This document shows positions 25,381 to 32,730 of a stretch of 46,017 nt of DNA, piece after piece. The notes beneath the pieces are model-generated. The model ran no database searches and was not told the DNA's origin. It worked only from the letters and a program-made list of their open reading frames with translations. A program made the translations under genes and the position numbers. This DNA is from Escherichia phage rolling: sequence record NC_073056.1, one strand, 5' to 3'. The first letter of the stretch is position 1. Each line of letters begins with the position of its first letter.

Positions 25381-25893
25381 CTACAAACGCATCGGCATGA
25401 TAACTAAAAAGGAACCTCCTTTGAACAGCACGCGTGTTGCCTTGTCTACTCCCTGAAATTCCAGTTTTAAGCCCTCAAACTTATGGTCGAACAATTTAGC
25501 AATTTTGCAGGCGTCGGACAGGTATGCCCCTTTAAACCCGATAGCCTCCACTTTATTGCTGACGAAAGACGTAACTCTTCTCCAGTCTGGAAATCGTCCG
25601 TCTACAATCTCGATGGGTATGGTAGCTATTAATACGTCTTTACTATCGAAGAACGCGGCGGAGGTGCCGTCTATGTTGCAGTATTCGAATTTAGTAGGTA
25701 AGCGGCCTTTAATTGATACTATTTTACTTTCACCTTCTGGAACAACCGCGGACCCGCAGAACAAACGGTGACCGTCGGTAGCCACGATGAATCCTTTCTC
25801 GTCGAAAAATACACCATTTAGGAAGTATCGGACGTCATTAGTTGCGGCGCACATCGTAGCGGCTTTAATGTCGGCATAGTTAACTTTAATCAT
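25381..25893 (-). CDS. Truncated beta-sliding-clamp (DnaN) homologue (about 170 aa)
   Basis: DVRYFLNGVFF...VATDGHRLF, IVDGRFPDWRRV and C-terminal LVIMPMRL match DnaN domain II/III hallmarks as recalled from E. coli DnaN; start at internal ATG (M27) with GAGGA RBS. Confidence 0.75.
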   Translation of the reverse strand: MIKVNYADIKAATMCAATNDVRYFLNGVFFDEKGFIVATDGHRLFCGSAVVPEGESKIVSIKGRLPTKFEYCNIDGTSAAFFDSKDVLIATIPIEIVDGRFPDWRRVTSFVSNKVEAIGFKGAYLSDACKIAKLFDHKFEGLKLEFQGVDKATRVLFKGGSFLVIMPMRL

Positions 25894-25915
25894 TTTCATT
25901 TCCTCGTGGTTATGT

Positions 25916-25955
25916 AGAAAATAATTCTGGGGCCGTGATGGCCCCTTTTTTGTTA
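25916..25955 (+). terminator. Terminator hairpin, right copy of the 40-bp direct repeat
   Basis: 30/30 identical to 25340-25369 then T6; duplicates the last codons of Rz1 plus the hairpin. Confidence 0.7.
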
Positions 25956-26717
25956 GCGCGGAATACCGCAAATCTCGTTGAGTGTTTTCACGTCCAGCGC
26001 CACCGCCGTGGACTTCGTCTTGTTCTGATATGGAATGAACTGTTCAACTTCAGGCCACGCCTTGATCAGCTTCTTATCGGTATTGTGCATATCCAGCACG
26101 CCGGTAACAGTTAGCTTGAACGCGTCATACTTTGCGCGCAACTCGCGGCGGGCCTTGTCATTTCGGTCCAGGCGCTTGCAGAAATCATGATCGGCCGGGT
26201 AGTCTACGCGTCCGCGCGGGAGATATATCGGCAGCACTTTTCCGTCCTCATCCACTTCGCACACTGACGCGAGCATAATTTCCGCGTACCCCGGTACAAT
26301 ATCGCTAACGTCAGGCGCGAGCGTATTCATATATTTCTCTTCCCAGTATCCGCGATGCCGGCGGTAGCTGTATCCGTCACCGCTCATATACAGGGATCGG
26401 ATGTTACCGCCTGCGTTGATTTCGAAATTGTCGCAGTAAACGCACCCAATACCCTTCTGACGGTCTTTGTTATAGCTATACGTCGCCTTGTCGGTGTAAA
26501 CGCTGACGCCATACATCTGCGACTGGTTATTGCGGATTTCTTCGATATATGCGCGTAGCTCGGCGAACGTGCGAATGCCTTTTGGCATACAGTCCAGCGT
26601 AATTGCGTACGCCAGGTCGCGAGAGTCCATCATGATTGATTTGGCTTCAGTCGCGATTTCGTGGTCGCGCAGGATGTTAGCCAGAATCTGGTTTTTAATG
26701 TCTTTTGTCAGTCGCAT
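25953..26717 (-). CDS. Hypothetical protein (254 aa), moron gene antisense to the late operon
   Basis: Track ORF 25953..26762 from internal ATG (M16) with GAGGA RBS; no family recognised. Confidence 0.65.
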   Translation of the reverse strand: MRLTKDIKNQILANILRDHEIATEAKSIMMDSRDLAYAITLDCMPKGIRTFAELRAYIEEIRNNQSQMYGVSVYTDKATYSYNKDRQKGIGCVYCDNFEINAGGNIRSLYMSGDGYSYRRHRGYWEEKYMNTLAPDVSDIVPGYAEIMLASVCEVDEDGKVLPIYLPRGRVDYPADHDFCKRLDRNDKARRELRAKYDAFKLTVTGVLDMHNTDKKLIKAWPEVEQFIPYQNKTKSTAVALDVKTLNEICGIPR

Positions 26718-26739
26718 TTGTGTTTCCTCATTGTTGGTG

Positions 26740-26811
26740 TGCAACCAATATAGTGCAACCAATACCTGTATTGCAAGCGAATTTTGCGATTATTTTTATC
26801 GCTGATAATAT
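26740..26811. promoter_or_regulatory. Back-to-back divergent promoters (leftward for moron genes, rightward for scaffold/capsid)
   Basis: Leftward: TTGCAA (26771-26776) N18 TATATT (plus 26747-26752), with TGCAACCAAT at 26740-26749 and 26754-26763; rightward: TTGCGA (26784-26789) N16 TAATAT (26806-26811). Confidence 0.5.
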
Positions 26812-26866
26812 TAAAGGCGTGAAGTCGAGCGGGTGGCCCGCTCTGCCACGATCCCAGGGGGATAGC

Positions 26867-27571
26867 ATGGAAATTACTAAAGCAGAATATGACGCGTTGC
26901 CGGAAGGTATGAAGGCGCTTTTTGTTGCCAATGGCGACGGGTATAAATCAACATTTATGTCCGCTGAGGAAGTACAGGCGGAAATCAAGGGTCTGAAAGA
27001 CAACAACGCAAAGCTGGTGAGCGAGAAGAAAGCAGAAGCTGAACGCCGCGCCGAAGCCGAGCGCCTTGCAAAAGAGAAAGAGGAAGCCGCCGCGCGCAAA
27101 AATGGCGACCTCGAAGCGATCGATAAGTCCTGGAAGGATAAGTTTGCAAAACACGAAGCAGACACATCGGGGAAAATCGAATCCTATCGCAAGCAGATCC
27201 ACGACCTCACTGTCGGCAGCGCTGCCAAAGACCTGGCATCGAAGCTGTTTGGTAAGAATGCTGGCATCATGCAACGCCACGTAATGGAGCGCCTCGCGCT
27301 GGAAGACGGCGAAGACGGCAGCTTGAAAGTGCGTGTCTTGCAGGATGGCAAACCGTCCGCGCTTACTATGGACGAGCTTGAAAAAGAGTTTCGTAATAAC
27401 GCTGATTTTGCATCCGTCCTGGCGGGCACGCCAGCAGGTGGCGCACCGAGCAAACCGACACAGGTTATCGAAGATGCGAAGTCTAAAATCACGATGGGCC
27501 ATAGCTTCGGTATCACCGACCTGACAAAACAGGCAGGGGATATCATCGCTAAGATGGGCGACGACGAGTAA
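26867..27571 (+). CDS. Scaffolding protein (putative)
   Basis: Internal ATG (M55) with RBS; Ala/Glu/Lys-rich coiled-coil; immediately upstream of capsid gene. Confidence 0.65.
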   Translation: MEITKAEYDALPEGMKALFVANGDGYKSTFMSAEEVQAEIKGLKDNNAKLVSEKKAEAERRAEAERLAKEKEEAAARKNGDLEAIDKSWKDKFAKHEADTSGKIESYRKQIHDLTVGSAAKDLASKLFGKNAGIMQRHVMERLALEDGEDGSLKVRVLQDGKPSALTMDELEKEFRNNADFASVLAGTPAGGAPSKPTQVIEDAKSKITMGHSFGITDLTKQAGDIIAKMGDDE

Positions 27572-27575
27572 GCAG

Positions 27576-27600
27576 ATCGCCCGCGAAAGCGGGCGATTTT
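27576..27600 (+). terminator. Hairpin / partial terminator between scaffold and capsid genes
   Basis: ATCGCCCGC-GAAA-GCGGGCGAT stem-loop followed by T4. Confidence 0.4.
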
Positions 27601-27668
27601 GCGAGCGCGTAAATCTAAGGTAACATTAACGTCACTGGGCGAATGCTCACAACTCAAAGGATTTCGAT

Positions 27669-28769
27669 ATGTCTTTAACAGTGTTCCAGCGTAAACTCGT
27701 TACCGCGGTTACGCAAATGATTCCCGACAACCTGAACGTGTTCAACGCTGCCGCTAATGGCGCTGTTGTTCTCGGTACAGGTGAAGTGCTGAAGGACGTT
27801 GTAGAAAAAATGTCAGTAGGCTTGATCGCCAACCTCGTTACTGACCGTAACGCATATGCGCCTGTTGGCACACCGGCAACCGCTAAAGTGCTGGCGCGTA
27901 TGCTGACCAACTCGGTTAACCTCTCCGCGAAAGTGGGTCCGGTAGCAATCACTAAGGCTATGATGGCTAAAATCGAAACCAACGTTAACAGCGTTGCGGC
28001 TGAGATTGCGGCACAGGCTACTCAAGCGATTATGCTGCATTACCTGAAAGCTGGTATCGGCGCAAGTAAAGCGGCGATCGAGAGCAACGCAGCGGCAGCA
28101 TACACCCAACCGGCGCGCGTAGATGGCGTTGGCGGTCGTACCTTCCCGACCCTGGCAGACTTCCCGCTGGCGGCTTCTAAGTTCGGCGATCAGGCGTCTT
28201 TGATTAAGTCCTGGTTTATGGATGGCGTTACCTGGGCTAACTTCATTGCCTATCAGGCGCTTCCTTCCGCTGAGCAGGTATTCGCGATCGGCGATCTGCA
28301 AGTAATGGGCGATGGCCTGGGCCGTCGATTCATTATCTCCGATGCCGCTGCCGATGCTATGGGCGCGGGCAAAATGCTGGGTCTGGTCCCTGGCGCGGTT
28401 GCAGTTACCACCAACGGCCTCGATATGCTGGCGCAGGAAAAAGGCGGTAATGAGAACATCGAACGCTGGTGGCAGGGTGAGTTCGACTTCAACGTGGCTG
28501 TTAAAGGCTATCGTCTGAAGGCGTCCGCTCGTACTCCGGTTGAAGGTGTCCGCTCGTTCACACTGGCGGATATCACCACTAAAGACAACTGGGAGCTGGA
28601 TCAGGGCCAGGTAGACAACGCTCCGGCAACCGTCCAGGATGTTGGCGCGGTGGGTGATGGCGATACTAAAGGCCGTCGCAAGACCCAGGCAGCGCAGGCC
28701 GTGCCGACCCGTAACATCAAGGAAACGGCTGGCGTACTGGTTACGCTGACTGCTACCAGCGCGTCGTAA
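27669..28769 (+). CDS. Major capsid protein
   Basis: 366 aa ORF after scaffold with AAGGA RBS, followed by strong terminator; call from synteny and composition. Confidence 0.8.
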   Translation: MSLTVFQRKLVTAVTQMIPDNLNVFNAAANGAVVLGTGEVLKDVVEKMSVGLIANLVTDRNAYAPVGTPATAKVLARMLTNSVNLSAKVGPVAITKAMMAKIETNVNSVAAEIAAQATQAIMLHYLKAGIGASKAAIESNAAAAYTQPARVDGVGGRTFPTLADFPLAASKFGDQASLIKSWFMDGVTWANFIAYQALPSAEQVFAIGDLQVMGDGLGRRFIISDAAADAMGAGKMLGLVPGAVAVTTNGLDMLAQEKGGNENIERWWQGEFDFNVAVKGYRLKASARTPVEGVRSFTLADITTKDNWELDQGQVDNAPATVQDVGAVGDGDTKGRRKTQAAQAVPTRNIKETAGVLVTLTATSAS

Positions 28770-28786
28770 TCGGCGCACATCCCAAA

Positions 28787-28812
28787 GGGGCGGGCTTATG
28801 CCCGCCTTTTTT
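28787..28812 (+). terminator. Intrinsic terminator after capsid gene
   Basis: GGCGGGC-TTAT-GCCCGCC followed by T6. Confidence 0.7.
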
Positions 28813-28827
28813 ATAGGAGCGAATAAA

Positions 28828-29328
28828 ATGTATGGCGACCCGCAAACCTTTACTGATTATGCCGCTGCGCGAGGCGTTGAGATTACGCTGGGCGATGCAA
28901 CGCGACACCTTACCATCGTTAATGACTTCCTTAACGGCATCAACTGGATCGGCGAACAAGCGGACCAGACCGGAATCGACGCATGGCCCCGCATTAACTA
29001 CCCGTCAGACGGTAAGCCGGTGCGGGACACGCTCACTGAAGTTGTGGCGGTAGTGCCTGCCGGGCAGATCGTAGACTTCGCATCAATCCCCGTTGCCGTT
29101 GAGCAAGCCGTTTACCGGCTGGCGCTGTTAGTGGCGGAAGATATTGATATTTCGCCGATCGGCGGTGGAAAGGAGACTATCCGCGAAACGGTTGGACCGA
29201 TCACGATGGAATATGACCCCGCGACGATTGGCGGATACGTGGCGTTCCCGTGGTGGGATGGCTTGCTGGGCTACTGGGTGAACGTAGACGGCAACGCTTC
29301 AGGTAACTTTGACGTATACAGGGGCTAA
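28828..29328 (+). CDS. Head-tail connector / head completion protein (putative)
   Basis: Internal ATG (M11) with AGGAG RBS; position between capsid and tail genes. Confidence 0.55.
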   Translation: MYGDPQTFTDYAAARGVEITLGDATRHLTIVNDFLNGINWIGEQADQTGIDAWPRINYPSDGKPVRDTLTEVVAVVPAGQIVDFASIPVAVEQAVYRLALLVAEDIDISPIGGGKETIRETVGPITMEYDPATIGGYVAFPWWDGLLGYWVNVDGNASGNFDVYRG

Positions 29329-29329
29329 T

Positions 29330-29443
29330 ATGAATCCGGCTGTTATTGCAGCGTTGCTGGCGGCGCTGGCGACGAAAGAGAAAGAGGAAGAACCAGTACC
29401 GCCGGAAACACCGGCGCAGGAGGAAGACGATGGCGGGCTTTGA
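29330..29443 (+). CDS. Putative small acidic protein (37 aa)
   Basis: Read by eye; ATG in TAATATG overlap with upstream stop; overlaps next gene start. Confidence 0.3.
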   Translation: MNPAVIAALLAALATKEKEEEPVPPETPAQEEDDGGL

Positions 29444-29783
29444 CTACGCGGGCTTAAAGCGGAAAGTTAATCCGCTGATTAAAAAATTCGGCACGACAGT
29501 TACCGTGACGCGTCCTGGATCTGTTGACCGCGTTAACGGCGACGAAGTGGTAATCCCGCCGACCTCGTTTGATATTGTCGGACTGCGGGAGGAGTACAAG
29601 CCACGCGAGATCGACGGAACGCGAGTTATTGCCGGTGATGTTAAGTTTTTATGTCAGGCGGCGGAGCAAGTGCAGGTAGGCGATCTTGTTAACCTGAATA
29701 ACACAGATTACCGTGTTATCAATCCTACCCCACTGCAACCGGCGGGCACTACCATGCTGTTTCAATTACAGCTAAGGGGCTAA
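29430..29783 (+). CDS. Head-tail joining protein (putative)
   Basis: Internal ATG (M29) with AGGAGG RBS; 117 aa; synteny. Confidence 0.55.
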   Translation: MAGFDYAGLKRKVNPLIKKFGTTVTVTRPGSVDRVNGDEVVIPPTSFDIVGLREEYKPREIDGTRVIAGDVKFLCQAAEQVQVGDLVNLNNTDYRVINPTPLQPAGTTMLFQLQLRG

Positions 29784-29784
29784 C

Positions 29785-30378
29785 GTGGCTGAGGTCTACT
29801 CGTTCGCCGCTACCATTGCAACATGGGTAGATAAGACGAAGGAGAACAACGACAAGGCGGTGCGGGCGACCGGTATGCAAATACTCGGACGCCTGATTGA
29901 GATCTCCCCGGTGGGCGACCCCCGCCGGTGGAAGATAAACAAGGCGTACGCGATGGCCCGCCAGCACGCGAACAAGGTGAACGCCGCACAGCGCCGCAAG
30001 AATGGCGGCAAACTGAAGCGCGGGCAGAAAAAGCACGCCAGTGTATTGGTATCGTTCAAGACTAAAAACGGCAACGTCACGTTCCGCCAGCGTGGCTGGG
30101 CCGCGAAGAACTACACCGGCGGACGCTTCCGGGGGAACTGGCAGGTGTCTTTCGACCGTCCGGCTGTTGGCGCGGTTGACCGAGTGGATAAGGCCGGAAC
30201 GGCAACATTAGCGGCGGGGCGTGACGTACTGGCGCATTACGATTCTGGCGAATACGGGTCGATCTGGTTTACTAACAACGTGCCGTATGCGCAGCGACTT
30301 GAGTATGGCTGGAGTAAACAAGCGCCCGCGGGGATTGTTCGCGTCGTAGCGGCAGAAATCAATTCTAAGGTGAAATAA
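29785..30378 (+). CDS. Tail completion / neck protein (HK97 gp10-like, putative)
   Basis: ORF track; RBS AAGGGG; position and size. Confidence 0.55.
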   Translation: MAEVYSFAATIATWVDKTKENNDKAVRATGMQILGRLIEISPVGDPRRWKINKAYAMARQHANKVNAAQRRKNGGKLKRGQKKHASVLVSFKTKNGNVTFRQRGWAAKNYTGGRFRGNWQVSFDRPAVGAVDRVDKAGTATLAAGRDVLAHYDSGEYGSIWFTNNVPYAQRLEYGWSKQAPAGIVRVVAAEINSKVK

Positions 30379-30800
30379 TGAGCAATACTCTAATCCGCAA
30401 GGCGCTTAACAGCGTAGTAGAAGAATTATCGGTAAGCCTGAGCACTAACCAGCGCCCGATCCAAGTTAACTGGGAGAACGTGAGGGGCGACCACGCTAAT
30501 GGCAATGGCGTGTACCTGGAGCCGTACTTGCTTCCGGCCCCGACCCAGTTTGTTGGCATTCAGCAGAAGGGCCGGATCTATGCAGGCGTCTATCAGGTTG
30601 CCGTAGTGTTCCCTGCTGGCACTGGCACACAGTACGCGAGCGAACTGGCGGACGCCATCGCGACGTCAGCCAAGTGGCAGGGCGTCAAGATTGCTGGCGC
30701 GGCTTTCCAGCTTCAGGACGCGCCATACACCAGTTCGGTGATTGAAGATGACGACCGCGCCCGCATCGTGGTATCGGTCCTGTATAACTGTTGCGCCTGA
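30378..30800 (+). CDS. Tail terminator protein (putative)
   Basis: ORF track; directly upstream of major tail gene. Confidence 0.55.
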   Translation: MSNTLIRKALNSVVEELSVSLSTNQRPIQVNWENVRGDHANGNGVYLEPYLLPAPTQFVGIQQKGRIYAGVYQVAVVFPAGTGTQYASELADAIATSAKWQGVKIAGAAFQLQDAPYTSSVIEDDDRARIVVSVLYNCCA

Positions 30801-30860
30801 TTTGGCGCAATTCTGCGCGTGCTGTATCATTAAACCGTATATCTAAACAGGAGCTTCATT

Positions 30861-31586
30861 ATGGGTTATCAACTTCCTAACGGGTCCAGCGTCCAGATTG
30901 GGTCCGTATTAGGCGCAGGCATCGCGGTTACGGCAGCTACCAACGCCACCGCGTCAATCTCCGACCTTACCACTGGTTGCGTTATCACCTGCGCGGCATC
31001 TCACGGTCTGGCAGTTGGTGACGTGGTAATGTTCACCAAAACCCCGTGGGTCCGTGCGCTAAACCGCGCGTTTATCGTGGGTAAAGTGGAAACCAACGAC
31101 GTGACGCTGGCGCGCTTCGACACCGAAGACGTCACCAAATATCCCACCGGCGCTTTTGGCGTAGGCACACCGGGCGAAGTGGTGAAGGTGTCGAGCTTTA
31201 TCGACTTCCCGTTTATCACTAACGTTGCCGTGTCGGGTGGCGACCAGCAGACGACTACCTTCCAGCCGTTGCAGGTTAACACCGCGATCAGTCTGAACAC
31301 CACGAAAAACCCGTTGGTCCAGACTTACACCTTCACCCACGACGAAGAAGACCCGATCCGCCCTATCCTGGAAGACCTGGACGATACACAGAAAACCACT
31401 GTTATTAAGTTCACGAACCCAGCGGCAGCAAGCGGAAAAGGTGAAATTCGTATTTACCCGGCTAAGGTATCTTTCCAGAAGATTCCGTCCGCTGAAGTAA
31501 ACAACGTGGAAACGGTACAATCCACTCTGACCATGCAGTCTGATATGGTTATCTACCGTAAGGATCTGGTCGAGGCATTGTCTTGA
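30861..31586 (+). CDS. Major tail (tube) protein
   Basis: ORF track; CAGGAG RBS; followed by terminator and G/GT chaperone genes. Confidence 0.75.
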   Translation: MGYQLPNGSSVQIGSVLGAGIAVTAATNATASISDLTTGCVITCAASHGLAVGDVVMFTKTPWVRALNRAFIVGKVETNDVTLARFDTEDVTKYPTGAFGVGTPGEVVKVSSFIDFPFITNVAVSGGDQQTTTFQPLQVNTAISLNTTKNPLVQTYTFTHDEEDPIRPILEDLDDTQKTTVIKFTNPAAASGKGEIRIYPAKVSFQKIPSAEVNNVETVQSTLTMQSDMVIYRKDLVEALS

Positions 31587-31616
31587 TTTGGTCGCTTAAA
31601 TAGCGAGTGTTAATAT

Positions 31617-31639
31617 GGGGCCTGCACGGCCCCTTTTTT
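31617..31639 (+). terminator. Intrinsic terminator after major tail gene
   Basis: GGGGCC-TGCAC-GGCCCC followed by T6. Confidence 0.7.
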
Positions 31640-31655
31640 ATTGGAGAATATTACA

Positions 31656-32018
31656 ATGGCTAAATCACCACTCTTCACACTTGACCCTAAGCCGACCTTT
31701 AAGCTGCCGATTGAGATCCCGCGCCCTGGTGAGAACGAGCCAGGCAAGATGACCTTTACCGTCCGCCACCGCCCGATCGACGAGTTTTCGCAGACCATGC
31801 AGGACACCGAACGCAAGCTGTCGGAATATAACGACAATGACCCGGACGGCTTTAACGTTATGGTCGAGGCCATCATGCACGTCGCTGAAGGCTGGAATCT
31901 GCCAGACCAATTTAACGCGGAGAACGTCCGCCGCCTGGTAGTCAACTACCCGCGCGCGTTCGGCGTGTTCCACACCTCGTACTATCTCGAACTGATGGGA
32001 TTGCGTGAAAAAAACTGA
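31656..32018 (+). CDS. Tail assembly chaperone (gpG-like)
   Basis: Internal ATG (M6) with GGAG RBS; ends in slippery A_AAA_AAC just before stop. Confidence 0.75.
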   Translation: MAKSPLFTLDPKPTFKLPIEIPRPGENEPGKMTFTVRHRPIDEFSQTMQDTERKLSEYNDNDPDGFNVMVEAIMHVAEGWNLPDQFNAENVRRLVVNYPRAFGVFHTSYYLELMGLREKN

Positions 32019-32332
32019 TTGAGGCGGCGCGACGCTTTTATGGCCCGCCGCCACCCTCCGAAGATTTAGCCGCTAGTTTATGGGGTGCGGCCCCCGAGGA
32101 TGTTTGTCCACCTGTTGCGCTATGGCCCGACAACGCGAAGATAGTCGCCGTATTCACAGATTGCTCTACGCAATGGCGCACCGGATTCGGTGGGGCATAC
32201 GGCATCGACTACGGCGTTCTGGAGTGGCTATTTAAGATGCACGGCATCGAAAACGAGCAACGTGCATTTAAAGATATAAAGCTAATGGAGCGAATCGCGC
32301 TTGATGAAATGGCGCAACAAAACCCCGCATAA
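31656..32332 (+). CDS. Tail assembly chaperone G-T fusion by -1 programmed frameshift (join 31656..32015, 32015..32332)
   Basis: Heptamer A AAA AAC at 32009-32015; the -1 frame is closed just upstream and open for ~105 codons downstream to TAA 32330-32332. Confidence 0.65.
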
Positions 32333-32336
32333 TGAA

Positions 32337-32661
32337 GCGGGACGGATCGGGACGTCCCGATTTGTCCCGTTTTGTCCCGCCCCCAGTAAAACTGCATACC
32401 TACCCACTTTCATTGCATAAACTCAAAGCGGGACAAGCGGGACGCCCCGATCCGTCCCGCCCATTAAATGTGCATACCTATTCAGATCTCGTGCATAAAA
32501 CAAACGGGACAAAAAGCGGGACAAACATGGGGCGGGACAAAGCGGGACAGCACCCCGTCCCCGTCAGTGCTGCCGCGGGTTTTAGCCGATCGGGACAGGC
32601 GGGACAAAGCCCAGTCTTTCAGACTAGACGGGGGTCAGTTGGCCCCCCTCGTCTGAGACTG
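32337..32661 (+). repeat. Iteron array 2: GCGGGACA-type repeats (>=14 copies) with TGCATAA motifs and the same conserved hairpin
   Basis: Copies at 32337, 32347, 32428, 32437, 32516, 32532, 32542, 32599 and inverted copies; palindrome CGGGACGTCCCG 32348-32359; ~52-bp and ~65-bp blocks near-identical to array 1; hairpin 32612-32661. Confidence 0.85.
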
Positions 32662-32730
32662 AATAAGGTTTGTTTGAAATTCGCTGATACAATGTCAATC
32701 GGCAACTGCATAAAAAAAGGGGACTGCATA

